Assembly: GCA_964650045.1 (NCBI GenBank)
Contig: CAZYRT010000001.1
Span: forward strand, 3,272-67,271
DNA from: an uncultured Ruminococcus sp.
Lineage (GTDB): Bacteria > Bacillota > Clostridia > Oscillospirales > CAG-382
Direction of reading: 5' to 3'
DNA length: 64,000 bases
Shown: positions 37,303 through 47,500 of the stretch, piece after piece
How the letters are laid out: each line of letters starts with the position of its first letter
Numbering within the stretch: the stretch's first letter is position 1
Program-made: the position numbers and the translations under genes
Notes under the pieces: generated by a model
What the model saw: only the letters and a program-made list of their open reading frames with translations
What the model was told of the DNA's origin: nothing
Database searches by the model: none

Positions 37303-39651
37303 TTACTTTTTCTTGGATTTGAGAATAAGGATAACTGCAACCGCGATTACAACAACTGCAACTGCTACAATAATGATAACGATGGTATTGCTGCCGTTAT
37401 CTTCATCAGCTTGGCTGTTATCGGCAGATTGTGTATTTTCGGATACAGTTGCTTCAACAGAGCTTTCTGCTTCCTGAAAAACGGTTCCTTCTTCGGAAGA
37501 TTCGGGCTCTTGAGAGGAAACCTCCTGCTGAACAGGCTCCTTCATGGGAAGATTTTCGTCCAAAGCTATCTCTATCTCATCTGCCCAGAGGAAATTGCCG
37601 TTTATGGTAAGAGTGAGCTTGATATATCGGTAATCGTTGAGATAATCGCTTTTTACTGTAAGGGAATGGAGGGTGCTTTGATCGGAGTCAACGGCATCGC
37701 CGTTACCCAAATTTGCAACCTCTTGGGTTTCACCGATAGGGAAGAAGCTTTCCTTGTCATTTGAGCCTTCAACCGAAATGCCTGCGCAAGAAGCAACACC
37801 CCAGAAGCCTGCAGAAGTATAAACTGTGTAGGAATTGGATTTTGCGCCTTCGCCAAGGTCAAATACAACGGTCACCTTATCTGATTGGTCCTTTTTCCAT
37901 GCGGAATAGGCATTTGTTAAAACACCGCTGTTGGATTTCAAGCCGTCGGACAGACGCACACCGTCATCGTGAAGAAGCTTTGTATCAGCCCAATAGCTGT
38001 AATTTTTCTCGGCGGTAACCTCATAAGATGCGCCAACAGAAATTATTTGATATTTAGAAAGAGCCAAAGCATCGGAGATTGCGGTTATTGCATTTTTAAT
38101 TGTTTCTCCGTCTGCATCATCTGCAGAAACCAAGGCTTTGCCGTTGTCCAATGCGGTTGTAAGGGTAGAATAATCCTCGGCAGCATAGTGAGCTTCATCA
38201 GCCTTTTCTCCTTGGGTGATAACATCCGAAAGAACAGCCTTTAAATCAAGACCCGAAAGGGCTTTTTTCAATTCGCCTTGGGTAGGTGTATCATCGGAAA
38301 GAACCTTTTCTGCGTATACAATTGCATTTTTTAGGTTAATATCGTCGGTTTTGATTTCTTTTGCGTTTTGGAGAGAGGACTCCAATTCAGTCTTCAATTC
38401 ATCGTCGGAAAGAGAGGATTTCTTTACAATGAGAAGGGTATCGCAAACCATACGTCCGTTTTCCTCGGGACGTTCGGCAAGATAAACGATTCCGTTTGTT
38501 TCGGTGTAAACTGCGCTTGATCCGCCGCCGTCAAGACGGATAACGTCGGTACAGCCCATTTGTATCATTGCCGCGGCAACATCCTTGAGGGTGAGACCGT
38601 ATTCTTCATTAACAAAGTAAACGAAGGTGCCATCGGCTTTAACACCGAATGCCGTCCATGCTCTTTCTAATGTAACGCTGTGGATAATGGTGCTGTTTTT
38701 GTTTGTTTGGTCAACACCGTCTTTTACAAGCCAATATGCGCTGCTTATTGCGCTATAGGCATTTTCCAATTCGGTAACATAGCCCTGAGCTTCGGCTCCT
38801 ATTTCAACCGAATCTCCTTCCTTCAATCCGCTAACAGCAGTTGCATAGGGCGAATCAGTCTTTACGAAAAGGATAAATTGGCTGTCATTTTCGGGAATCG
38901 TTGCGCCAAAGGTGGATTCAGAGACCGAAACAACCTTACCTTTAAGAGTTCTTCCGACTGCGATTTCGGTGTTGTCCAGTTTATCGCAAAGAATTTCGTA
39001 ACCGCTTATATCGGATTTCGCGATGGGCGAATAGCAATTTAGTACATGGCGGTCATAATAGAAAAATTCGCCTAATTTTGAAGATGTGGAGGACTTTCCT
39101 TCAATATATGTATATTTCTTGTTTACAGAAACAAGGCTTCCTGTTTCCTCTCCGTTGAGAGAGACGGGATATTTAATGGAAGGGTTGCTTACATGGCTCA
39201 TAACGCCCTTTGCATCAAAGCAAGCCAAGGCTTCCATTGCTCCCGAATCACCGATTATTATTCTGCCGTTGGATATAAGCATACCTGTCATTGTGCTGGT
39301 GGCACCCTGGAAGAAAGAGCCGTTTATTGCGCCCACGACCTCATATCCTTCGTCAGCGGCATAATTCATGTGCTTTTCCATGAATGTAACTCCGCCTGCT
39401 GTGCCTGTAAAGGCGAGAGGGATATTACCGTCCGCAGGAGAAAATTCGAAAACATAGGATCTTGCGCTGTCTTCGCAAACGCTTCCTGTTATATCATAGG
39501 TAGTGAAAAGTGTGTTGTTAGAGAGAGTTTCGGAGGAAACTGTAGAAAATTCAACTGTTGCAGTTTGAGTCTCTGCAAAAACAGTTATTCCCAAGGATAA
39601 TACTACCGATACTACGGTCAACACAGAAATAAAGCTTCTAAAAGCCTTCAT
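37303..39651 (-). CDS. Surface protein paralog 1: phosphodiester glycosidase (NAGPA/DUF2233-like), FIVAR-like helices, discoidin-like domain, C-terminal TM anchor
   Basis: ATG 39651 after GAGGAG; the track start is TTG. Signal peptide. AINGSFF and IRLDGGGSSAVY motifs. FIVAR-like ...TQGELKKALSGL. YRYIKLTL...FLWADEIEI. C-terminal IVIIIVAVAVVVIAVAVILILKSKKK. Confidence 0.6.
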   Translation of the reverse strand: MKAFRSFISVLTVVSVVLSLGITVFAETQTATVEFSTVSSETLSNNTLFTTYDITGSVCEDSARSYVFEFSPADGNIPLAFTGTAGGVTFMEKHMNYAADEGYEVVGAINGSFFQGATSTMTGMLISNGRIIIGDSGAMEALACFDAKGVMSHVSNPSIKYPVSLNGEETGSLVSVNKKYTYIEGKSSTSSKLGEFFYYDRHVLNCYSPIAKSDISGYEILCDKLDNTEIAVGRTLKGKVVSVSESTFGATIPENDSQFILFVKTDSPYATAVSGLKEGDSVEIGAEAQGYVTELENAYSAISSAYWLVKDGVDQTNKNSTIIHSVTLERAWTAFGVKADGTFVYFVNEEYGLTLKDVAAAMIQMGCTDVIRLDGGGSSAVYTETNGIVYLAERPEENGRMVCDTLLIVKKSSLSDDELKTELESSLQNAKEIKTDDINLKNAIVYAEKVLSDDTPTQGELKKALSGLDLKAVLSDVITQGEKADEAHYAAEDYSTLTTALDNGKALVSADDADGETIKNAITAISDALALSKYQIISVGASYEVTAEKNYSYWADTKLLHDDGVRLSDGLKSNSGVLTNAYSAWKKDQSDKVTVVFDLGEGAKSNSYTVYTSAGFWGVASCAGISVEGSNDKESFFPIGETQEVANLGNGDAVDSDQSTLHSLTVKSDYLNDYRYIKLTLTINGNFLWADEIEIALDENLPMKEPVQQEVSSQEPESSEEGTVFQEAESSVEATVSENTQSADNSQADEDNGSNTIVIIIVAVAVVVIAVAVILILKSKKK

Positions 39652-39688
39652 GATAATCAACTCCTCATTTTAATTTATTATCATGTTC

Positions 39689-39717
39689 ATTATACAAAAT
39701 ACCTAAATATCTGTCAA
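39689..39717 (-). promoter_or_regulatory. Candidate promoter of paralog 1
   Basis: On the minus strand: TTGACA, 17 nt, TATAAT, about 35 nt upstream of the ATG. Confidence 0.55.
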
Positions 39718-39724
39718 TCCTTTT

Positions 39725-39777
39725 TTTAGTTCCTGCAATGTACTAACCAATATGCATTACACATATTCCGCGAGTGG
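39725..39777 (+). repeat. R2 repeat, copy C
   Basis: TTTAGTTCCTGCAATGTACTAACCAATATGCATTACACATATTCCGCGAGTGG. Confidence 0.75.
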
Positions 39778-39863
39778 ATTAAAGACAACAAGCCTCTTAC
39801 CCATACATTTGAAAATTTACCGATTCGCGTAGTAAGGTTTAATAAAAAATTTTGATTAGGGTA

Positions 39864-39892
39864 TTGCAAAGTTGCAAAAATAATAGTATAAT
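39864..39892 (+). promoter_or_regulatory. Candidate promoter of the yerC-like gene
   Basis: TTGCAA (39864-39869), 17-nt spacer, TATAAT (39887-39892). Confidence 0.55.
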
Positions 39893-39933
39893 AGTTTAAC
39901 ATATTAAAGTATAAAACTATCAGGAGGAAAAAT

Positions 39934-40221
39934 ATGATAGATAAGATAAAGGATTCCACAACAGACAAGCTTGCCGAAGCGTTTGTCAGCGTTCGTACAG
40001 TTGAAGAGGCTTATCGTTTTCTCAGCGACCTTTGCACCATTTCCGAAATTACCGAAATGAGCAAGCGTTTGACTGCGGCAGAAATGCTTCGCGAGGGCAA
40101 TACATATAACGAAATTGCAGAAAAGACTCATCTTTCCACAGCTACCATTACCAGAGTAAACCGCGCACTTCGCTACGGAAGCGACGGTTATTCTATGGTT
40201 CTTGACAGAATTTCGGAATGA
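39934..40221 (+). CDS. yerC: TrpR-related YerC/YecD family protein
   Basis: 95 aa. ...LSDLCTISEITEMSKRL..A..L..G.TYNEIAEKT..STATITRVNRALRYG matches the YerC/YecD family. Confidence 0.8.
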   Translation: MIDKIKDSTTDKLAEAFVSVRTVEEAYRFLSDLCTISEITEMSKRLTAAEMLREGNTYNEIAEKTHLSTATITRVNRALRYGSDGYSMVLDRISE

Positions 40222-40943
40222 GCTTCTTTGCAATATCCGAGCTTTATGACCAAATAAACGGAAGCTCTTATGCACCTTATGCGGATTTTTTGGCTTCGGC
40301 TTTTGAAAAAGCTGATATTAAGGTAAACGAGGTTTTGGACCTTGGCTGCGGTACAGGCGGGATCTGCGCCCTTCTTGCAGACAAAGGGTATGATATGATC
40401 GGGCTGGATGCTTCTCCCGAAATGCTTAATATAGCAATGGAGAAGAATTTCGGCAAAAATACTCTTTTGCTTTGTCAGGATATGCGCGAGTTTGAATTGT
40501 ACGGAACGGTTCAAGGAGTATATTCATCCTTTGATTGCCTTAATTATTTAACTGAAAAGGGCGATTTGGAAAAGGTTTTTGCCTTGGTGCATAATTATCT
40601 TGAACCCGGCGGTATTTTTGTTTTTGATGTTAACACCGAATACCGCTATCGGAATGTTCTTGACGGAAAGAGCTATGTTTATGATTTTGACGGTGCTTTT
40701 GCCGTTTGGCGAAGTGCATTTTCCGAAAGTGACGGTCTTTGTGAATTTACTATAGATTTATTTACCGAGGACTCTGACGGTCTTTATTCAAGAGACGGAG
40801 AAACCCAGCTTCAAAAGCTTCATAAGCCCAAAGATATCGAAAATGCCGCGAAAGGCTTTGCTCTTCTGGAGAAATCGGGAGGCAAGGGCTTTGACGGTTG
40901 TACTCAAGACGAAAAGGTTTATTATATCTTCAAAAAAATATAA
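40218..40943 (+). CDS. Class I SAM-dependent methyltransferase
   Basis: ATGA overlap with the yerC-like gene. SAM motif I is VLDLGCGTG. Confidence 0.8.
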   Translation: MSFFAISELYDQINGSSYAPYADFLASAFEKADIKVNEVLDLGCGTGGICALLADKGYDMIGLDASPEMLNIAMEKNFGKNTLLLCQDMREFELYGTVQGVYSSFDCLNYLTEKGDLEKVFALVHNYLEPGGIFVFDVNTEYRYRNVLDGKSYVYDFDGAFAVWRSAFSESDGLCEFTIDLFTEDSDGLYSRDGETQLQKLHKPKDIENAAKGFALLEKSGGKGFDGCTQDEKVYYIFKKI

Positions 40944-40949
40944 TCACCG

Positions 40950-40980
40950 GTTGTGCCTTGTCGATAAGATAAGGCATAAC
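40950..40980 (+). terminator. Terminator-like hairpin after the methyltransferase gene
   Basis: GTTGTGCCTT-loop-AAGGCATAAC 10-bp stem (one G-U pair), followed by a T-rich tract. Confidence 0.55.
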
Positions 40981-41053
40981 TAATTTATATGGAAATTTAT
41001 AGAAAAATTAAGAAAGGAGCAGCAAGTGTAAAGCGCTTGTATGTAGCTTTAAA

Positions 41054-41908
41054 ATGAAAATCAGTGAAATTATAAAAAGCAAGGAAATAACAGTTTCCTG
41101 TGAAGTGTTTCCCCCAAAGCTGGGAACAGAATTGGAGCAAAGCCGAAAGATAGTTTCGGATATGGCAAAGCTCAAGCCCGATTTTATCAGCGTTACATAC
41201 GGTGCTGCAGGTTCAACTGCTAAATTTACAGCAGAGTTGGCTGATGAGGTGGAAAAGAACGGAATCGCCGCATTGGCTCATGTTACCTGCGTTTCTTCCG
41301 ACGAGGAAAGCCTTGATGAATATTTGAGTTCTCTTAAATCTCATGGAATCGAGAATATTCTCGCTTTGCGCGGAGATATGCCCCAAGGCAGAGATCCGAA
41401 AAGGGTTTATGCCCATGCAAGTGACCTTGCTGCGGCGATTAAGGAAAAGGGTGATTTTTGTATAGGCGGCGCTTGCTATCCCGAGGGGCATCCCGAGGCT
41501 GTCAGCGTAAGCGCGGATATTGATGCTTTGAAGATAAAAGCCGAAAGCGGTTGCGAATTTTTCACCACACAGATGTTTTTTGATAACGATATAATGTATT
41601 CCTTTATGACCAAATTCCAAAGAAAGGGCATTAATATCCCCGTTATTGCAGGTATAATGCCCATAACCAATGCTAAACAGCTTGGCAGAAGCGTTTCTCT
41701 TTCGGGAACAATGGTTCCCAGAAGATTCAGAGAAATCGTGGAGCGCTTTGGAGACAAGCCCGAGGCTATGCGTCAGGCGGGAATTGCTTTTGCAACTGAG
41801 CAGATAATCGACCTTATTGCAAACGGTGTTAATAATATTCATATTTATGCTATGAATAAGCCCGATGTGGCGGCGGCAATTTTAAATAATATTTCGGCTA
41901 TACGTTAA
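41054..41908 (+). CDS. metF: 5,10-methylenetetrahydrofolate reductase
   Basis: 284 aa. ...SCEVFPPK..., ALRGD, and a typical MTHFR TIM-barrel pattern. Confidence 0.9.
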   Translation: MKISEIIKSKEITVSCEVFPPKLGTELEQSRKIVSDMAKLKPDFISVTYGAAGSTAKFTAELADEVEKNGIAALAHVTCVSSDEESLDEYLSSLKSHGIENILALRGDMPQGRDPKRVYAHASDLAAAIKEKGDFCIGGACYPEGHPEAVSVSADIDALKIKAESGCEFFTTQMFFDNDIMYSFMTKFQRKGINIPVIAGIMPITNAKQLGRSVSLSGTMVPRRFREIVERFGDKPEAMRQAGIAFATEQIIDLIANGVNNIHIYAMNKPDVAAAILNNISAIR

Positions 41909-41922
41909 AAAGGAGCTCTTTT

Positions 41923-44298
41923 ATGAGTGAATTCAAGAATATTTTATCTGCCTTAAATGGCGAAGGACGTCCCTTGGTTGTTGACGGTGCAATGGGAACC
42001 ATGCTTCAGAGTATGGGATTAAAGCCGGGTGCTCTTACCGAAACCATGAATACTCTTGACCCATCTTCGGTTATGGCGGTACACAAAGCATATATCGAGT
42101 CAGGCGCCGATATTATTACCACAAACAGTTTCAGTTCTAACAGCGTGAAGCTTTCTCCCTATAGAATGAACCCGAGGGAAGAAATGTTAAAGGCGGTTAA
42201 AATAGCCAAGGAAGCGGCAGGCTATGGTCAAAGAAAGGTTTTTGTGGCAGCGGATCTTGGGCCCACGGGCAAATTGATGCCTCCCTTGGGAGATTTTGAA
42301 TTTGAGGATGCGGTAAATGCATTTAAGCCTGCTGTGGCTGCTGCCGAAGAAGCAGGGGCGGATTTGGTATTTTTCGAAACCTTTTCCGACCTTTATGAGT
42401 GTAAGGCGGCGGTTATTGCCGCAAGAGAGGTTTCCTCCCTTCCTGTTGCGGTTTCATTGACCTTTGACGAAAGCGGAAGAACTCTAACAGGAGCCGATGC
42501 AGAAACAGCGGCTATCTATCTTTCCCGTTTGGGTGTAGATGCTATCGGTATAAATTGCGGCTTAGGCCCCGATGCTATGGAGCCTATAGCCATAGCGTTA
42601 GCAAAATTCAGCGGACTTCCTGTTATAGTAAACGCAAATGCAGGTCTGCCCAAAATAAATGAAAACGGAGAAACTTACTTTGATGTAAGCCCCGAAAGAT
42701 TCCTAAGCTTTGCCAAAAAGCTTGGAGAAAACGGAATCAGATGTATCGGCGGATGCTGCGGTACAACCCCCGAATATATCGAACAGGTTGCTAAGGGTGT
42801 AAATAATTGTGATTATAAAAAGGTATCATCAACAGAAAAGCGAGTTTCGGTTTGCTCGGGCACAAGAATGTTCACCTTTGGTGGAAAAACTGCGGTTATC
42901 GGTGAAAGACTTAATCCTACGGGCAAATCCAAATTAAAAGAGGCTTTGCGTACCGGCGACATGGATTATCTTTGTGCCGAGGCTGTTTCTCAGCAGGGGG
43001 CAGGTGCGGATATTCTTGACGTTAATGTTGGTATTCCCGAAATAAATGAGGTAGAAATGCTTCCTAAGGCTGTTTTGGCGATACAAAAGGTAACCGACCT
43101 TCCTCTCCAATTGGATTCTGCCGACCCCGATGCATTGGAAGCTGCGGCGAGAGTTTACAACGGTATTCCTATAATCAATTCGGTTAACGGAAAAAAAGAA
43201 AACCTTCAAAAGGTGCTTCCCATAGTTAAAAAATACGGCGCAGTTTGCGTTGGTCTGCTTTTGGATGAGGAGGGAATCCCCGATTCGCCTAAAGAAAGAT
43301 TGGAAATTGCCGAAAAAATAAGAGAAACCGCGGAAAATGATTTTTCGTTCACTCCCGATTTTCTCTTTGATGCTCTGACCTTAACGGTTGCCACCGATGA
43401 AAAAAGCGGTGAAAAAACCCTCGAATGTGTAGAAAGCCTTTCGAATCAAGGCTTTATGACGGTTTTGGGCGTTTCCAATATTTCCTTTGGTATGCCGAAC
43501 CGCGATGCTATTAATGCTTCATTCCTCGGTGCGGCTATGTCGAGAGGGCTTTCGGCGGCGATTATCAATCCTTCCAGCGAAAACATGAGGCTGGTAATTA
43601 ACGACCCTTCGCCAAATCCGGATTTTGTTTTCTCTAATGAGCCTGCCGAAGCGGTTCAATCTGTATCTGAAAAAAAGGAAATGACGCTTTTTGATGCCGT
43701 TTATTCGGGACTTTCCAAAAAATCGGCAGAATGCGCAAAAGTTCTTCTTTCCCAGTTCAAGCCCTTGGAGGTTATTGAAAATCATCTTGTGCCTGCATTA
43801 AATGCTTTGGGCGAGGATTATGAGGCGAAAAAGCTGTTCCTTCCCCGACTTTTGGGCGGTGCCGAAGCGGCAAAAGCAGCATTTAAGGTTATAAATGAAT
43901 CTCTTTCGGGTGAAAAGACCCAAAAGGGTATGAAGATAGTTATAGCAACAGTAAAGGGCGATATCCATGATATCGGAAAAAATATTGTGGCAACGCTTCT
44001 TTCCAATTACGGCTTCGATGTTATTGACTTGGGCAAGGATGTTGCCCCTCAGGCAATCGTTGATGCCGCAATAGCAAACAACGCGAAAATCGTTGGCTTG
44101 AGCGCATTGATGACAACTACAGTTCCTGCAATGGCAGAAACTATCAAGCTTATTAAAGAGCAATGCCACGAGGTTAAAACAATGGTAGGCGGCGCGGTTC
44201 TTACTCAGGACTATGCTGACACAATGGGCGCAGATTTCTATGGCGTTGACGCAATGGCATCTGTCCGCTACGCTCTTTCTTTAATTCCCGCGATGTAG
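41923..44298 (+). CDS. metH: Cobalamin-dependent methionine synthase (Hcy, pterin and B12 domains; no activation domain)
   Basis: Hcy S-methyltransferase GGCCGTTPE. Pterin-binding region. B12 motif GDIHDIGKNIV. Ends after the B12 domain at 791 aa. Confidence 0.9.
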   Translation: MSEFKNILSALNGEGRPLVVDGAMGTMLQSMGLKPGALTETMNTLDPSSVMAVHKAYIESGADIITTNSFSSNSVKLSPYRMNPREEMLKAVKIAKEAAGYGQRKVFVAADLGPTGKLMPPLGDFEFEDAVNAFKPAVAAAEEAGADLVFFETFSDLYECKAAVIAAREVSSLPVAVSLTFDESGRTLTGADAETAAIYLSRLGVDAIGINCGLGPDAMEPIAIALAKFSGLPVIVNANAGLPKINENGETYFDVSPERFLSFAKKLGENGIRCIGGCCGTTPEYIEQVAKGVNNCDYKKVSSTEKRVSVCSGTRMFTFGGKTAVIGERLNPTGKSKLKEALRTGDMDYLCAEAVSQQGAGADILDVNVGIPEINEVEMLPKAVLAIQKVTDLPLQLDSADPDALEAAARVYNGIPIINSVNGKKENLQKVLPIVKKYGAVCVGLLLDEEGIPDSPKERLEIAEKIRETAENDFSFTPDFLFDALTLTVATDEKSGEKTLECVESLSNQGFMTVLGVSNISFGMPNRDAINASFLGAAMSRGLSAAIINPSSENMRLVINDPSPNPDFVFSNEPAEAVQSVSEKKEMTLFDAVYSGLSKKSAECAKVLLSQFKPLEVIENHLVPALNALGEDYEAKKLFLPRLLGGAEAAKAAFKVINESLSGEKTQKGMKIVIATVKGDIHDIGKNIVATLLSNYGFDVIDLGKDVAPQAIVDAAIANNAKIVGLSALMTTTVPAMAETIKLIKEQCHEVKTMVGGAVLTQDYADTMGADFYGVDAMASVRYALSLIPAM

Positions 44299-44331
44299 TT
44301 TGTTCAAATTGTTATCGCTCATTCGCGTGAG
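44281..44331 (+). repeat. R2-related repeat, copy F (E/F subfamily), overlapping the metH stop
   Basis: TTAATTCCCGCGATGTAG...CGCTCATTCGCGTGAG. It is flanked by the direct repeats TGTAGTTTGTTCAAATTG and TGTAGTTTGCTCAAATCG. Confidence 0.6.
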
Positions 44332-44376
44332 CTGTAGTTTGCTCAAATCGAAAATATTACATCTTTACAACACAAA

Positions 44377-44402
44377 AAGACCATCGGTTTTCCGATGGTC
44401 TT
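44377..44402. terminator. Bidirectional terminator (metH / paralog 2)
   Basis: AAGACCATCGG-TTTT-CCGATGGTCTT is a perfect 11-bp stem flanked by A and T runs. Confidence 0.85.
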
Positions 44403-44418
44403 GATTTGTTTATAAGCC

Positions 44419-46743
44419 TTATGCGAAAATAGACTTTTTAAGCATGAAATAGTCGATAGCGGTCAATTTGCCGTCGCCGTTCATGTCGCAACGTGCAAAC
44501 GCGTTATCGGGATCCTTCAAGGAGCTGACGGAAATAACGTTCATAACTACTTTTTTGAGAATCAAATAGTCTGTTGCGGTCATTTTACCGTCGTTATTTA
44601 CGTCGCCCACGCCCTGAGAAATAACAGGAGTGTCACTTTCGGGAAGAAGTGTGCCGTTAAGAGCCGCTTCAACCTCATCAAGCCAGAGGAACGCGCCGTT
44701 GGAATATGCGGCAAATCTGATATAACGGTAATTCTGAACATCCTCGCTGACAACAGTCATTTTGGAAAGCTCGGTGATAACTCCGTCTATGGGAATGCCT
44801 TCGCCAACCTTAACCAATGTATCGGTATATCCGATCTCGGTAAAGTTAACACCGTCGTTAGAACCGGAAACATTCAACCAATAGGGAGGATTAACGCCCC
44901 ATTGCTTGCTTGCAGAATAGATGTTATAGGTATTGGTCTGAACATTTGCGCCAAGGTCAACGATAACCTCAACATATTCGATGCTGCCCACATTCTTATT
45001 AAACGCAGAATAGGTGGAGGAGAAGGGATCCGAGGTGCTCTTAAAGCCATCGGTAAGACGGATTTCGTCGTCAAAGAGGGAGCTTCCGTTTTGATAGGTA
45101 TAATCGGAATCGCTTGCGGTGTAGCTTGCACCGATAGATACTATTGAAAATTCGGAAAGGGAAAGAGCATCCGAAAGCTCACTGATAGAATTTGCATATT
45201 GGGTCTGGGTAGCGGAAGCATTCGCCAAAACCTTGTTTGCATTTTCAATGGCAGTCCGGAGTATAGAATAATTGCTGTCGCGGTAGTGTGTGGAGTCCTC
45301 TGCTTCAGCCTGTGCAACAAGCTTGGTAAGAACATTGTTGAGAGAAAGGGCAGAAAGGAGCTTTTTAACATCGCCGTCGGAAGGATAAGTTTCTTTAAGA
45401 AGAGCTTCTGCCTTTGCGATATTTGTTTTAAGCTCTGCATCGGGCTTTTCAACTGTTTTTGCTGTTGCAACAGCAGCTTCAAGCTCGGCTGCAAGGTCTT
45501 CGTCATAGGTGCTTTCTTTGGAAACTACCAAAAGAACATCACAGATGGGACGTCCGCTTGTATACTGTGTTGTTTCAGCAAGGTAAACAACGCCGTCGGT
45601 TTCGTTATACATAGCGCTGGATCCGCCGCCGTCCAAGCGATAAACGTGGATACAGCCCAATTCGATCATTGCCGCGGCAACATCCTTAAGCGTGAGACCG
45701 TATTCTTCATTAATGAAGTAGACAAAGGAACCGTCTTCCTTAACGCCGAAGGCTGTCCAAGCACGGCTGAGGCTGACGCTGTGTGTACCGATCTGAGATT
45801 GGGTATTTGTTTGGTCAACACCGTCTTTTACAAGTGCATAGCAGGAGGAGATAGCGCTGTAAGCATTATTCATAGCTTCCTTTGCGGCACTATTCTGTTC
45901 ATCAACAGAAATAGAAATGATATCGCCTGCGGAAAGACCTGTTGCATAGGATACCTTATTGGAAGCTGCAGGCATAAAGAGGGTGAAATATTGATGTTCG
46001 GTAGGACGGTTTGCGCCGTAAGTAGCTTCGGTAACCGAAATTACTCTGCCTTTCAAGGTGTGACCGACCGAAAGCTCACTGTCATCAAGCTTTTCGCAGA
46101 GTATTTCGTAGCCTTCAACAGTACCGGAAACACCGGATTTTGCATAAGCATCATAATAGAAGAAACGGTTAACGAAATCAGAATTTCTTCCCAAAACATA
46201 GGAATACTTTTTGTTAACGGAAGCCAATGCACTTACAAGCTTTTCGCCGTTTATTTCTACAGTATAGGAAAGATTGGTAAGAGCATGGGTAAATTCGCCG
46301 TTGGAGGAGAAGATGCCCACAGATTCACCTGCACAAGCGGCATCGGCAGCGATGATTCTTCCGCCGGAAATATTGATACCGCACATATTAACACCGTTGA
46401 AGAAGGAGCCGTTTATTGCGCCGATAACATGATAGCCTTCGGCATTAGCCTGATTAACATGTGTGCTGAAAAAAGGGAGGTTTGCACCGCCGTATGCGGC
46501 ATAAGCTAAGGGAATAGCGCCATCGGCAGGGTCAAATTCCAAAACATAGGATGTGGAAGTCTTTCCGCTGTCGGAACCGTAAATGCTGTAGGTTGAATAG
46601 GTTGCGGAATTGCTCAAGGTTTTTGAGGTAGAGGTGTTTTTGGTCAATTCCACGGTAGAGGTAGCCGCATTGGCTATCACACAGGAGGACACAAGCATTA
46701 CTGCCATAACCAAAAGAGCAATCAATCGTTTTGCACTTTTCAT
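44419..46743 (-). CDS. Surface protein paralog 2: phosphodiester glycosidase-like, FIVAR-like, discoidin-like domain, type I dockerin
   Basis: Signal peptide. AINGSFF and YRLDGGGSSAMY. YRYIRFAAYSNGAFLWLDEVE. C-terminal dockerin pair GDVNNDGKMTATDYLILKK...CDMNGDGKLTAIDYFMLKK. Confidence 0.65.
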   Translation of the reverse strand: MKSAKRLIALLVMAVMLVSSCVIANAATSTVELTKNTSTSKTLSNSATYSTYSIYGSDSGKTSTSYVLEFDPADGAIPLAYAAYGGANLPFFSTHVNQANAEGYHVIGAINGSFFNGVNMCGINISGGRIIAADAACAGESVGIFSSNGEFTHALTNLSYTVEINGEKLVSALASVNKKYSYVLGRNSDFVNRFFYYDAYAKSGVSGTVEGYEILCEKLDDSELSVGHTLKGRVISVTEATYGANRPTEHQYFTLFMPAASNKVSYATGLSAGDIISISVDEQNSAAKEAMNNAYSAISSCYALVKDGVDQTNTQSQIGTHSVSLSRAWTAFGVKEDGSFVYFINEEYGLTLKDVAAAMIELGCIHVYRLDGGGSSAMYNETDGVVYLAETTQYTSGRPICDVLLVVSKESTYDEDLAAELEAAVATAKTVEKPDAELKTNIAKAEALLKETYPSDGDVKKLLSALSLNNVLTKLVAQAEAEDSTHYRDSNYSILRTAIENANKVLANASATQTQYANSISELSDALSLSEFSIVSIGASYTASDSDYTYQNGSSLFDDEIRLTDGFKSTSDPFSSTYSAFNKNVGSIEYVEVIVDLGANVQTNTYNIYSASKQWGVNPPYWLNVSGSNDGVNFTEIGYTDTLVKVGEGIPIDGVITELSKMTVVSEDVQNYRYIRFAAYSNGAFLWLDEVEAALNGTLLPESDTPVISQGVGDVNNDGKMTATDYLILKKVVMNVISVSSLKDPDNAFARCDMNGDGKLTAIDYFMLKKSIFA

Positions 46744-46820
46744 AATTTATCTCCTTAATAATTTTGTTCTTGAAATATTATATAAGATTAATAATTTTAT
46801 GTCAACAATTCAATAAACTT

Positions 46821-47405
46821 TTATATTTCATCTTTTTGCCATTGTGGCAGTATGCCCAATTCCTTGAGAATGGGATAAAGCCCTGCTACAGGAAGCCCGA
46901 TTATGTTATAAAAATCGCCTTGGAAATGCTCCGCAAAAAGACTTGCCTTTTCCTGAATACCGTAGGCTCCTGCTTTGTCCATAGGCTCTCCTGTGGCGAT
47001 ATAATGCTTTATTTCTTCGTCCTCAAGGTTTCGGAATTTCACTTTGCTTTCACATGAAAATTCCCGTATTCCCTTTTGAGATATAACGCAACAGCCTGTT
47101 ATCACCGAATGATAGGTTCCCGAAAGTCTTTTCAGCATATCAAAAGCATCAGTTTCATCCTTGGGTTTGCCGAAAATATTGTTTTCCACACAAACCACAG
47201 TATCGGCACCTATAACAACACAATCATCTCCTAAACGGGAAAATACCTCTTGGGATTTGGCTCTTGCATTACAAACAGCCAGCTCCGACGGAGCCATTCC
47301 TTGGGTGATCTCATCAGCATCCGAGGGAACTGCATTATATTCATAGCCTGCCAAGGTCAAAAGCTCACGTCTTCTGGGAGAATTTGAAGCGAGAATTAAT
47401 TTCAT
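46821..47405 (-). CDS. maf: Maf-like nucleoside triphosphate pyrophosphatase
   Basis: MKLILASNSPRRRELL...; GAYGIQ. ATG at 47405. Confidence 0.9.
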   Translation of the reverse strand: MKLILASNSPRRRELLTLAGYEYNAVPSDADEITQGMAPSELAVCNARAKSQEVFSRLGDDCVVIGADTVVCVENNIFGKPKDETDAFDMLKRLSGTYHSVITGCCVISQKGIREFSCESKVKFRNLEDEEIKHYIATGEPMDKAGAYGIQEKASLFAEHFQGDFYNIIGLPVAGLYPILKELGILPQWQKDEI

Positions 47406-47500
47406 TACATTGCTCCTTTTTTGGGAAAACACTTGATTATTCTAACGCATTTCATTATAATAACAAATTGATAATATGTAAATAGCGCAGGTAGGAAAAA

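Noticed and set aside
40944-41053. Expected S-box (SAM-I) riboswitch or T-box upstream of metF-metH
   Set aside because: None of the conserved S-box helices or the T-box sequence could be found by eye. Only a terminator hairpin of the upstream gene and an SD with a start-stop pair are present.
45199-46509. 436-aa plus-strand ORF
   Set aside because: Antisense to paralog 2, whose frame carries a signal peptide, conserved motifs and a dockerin. A shadow ORF. The same applies to 37282-39600 antisense ORFs of paralog 1 and 50075-51499 antisense ORFs of paralog 3.
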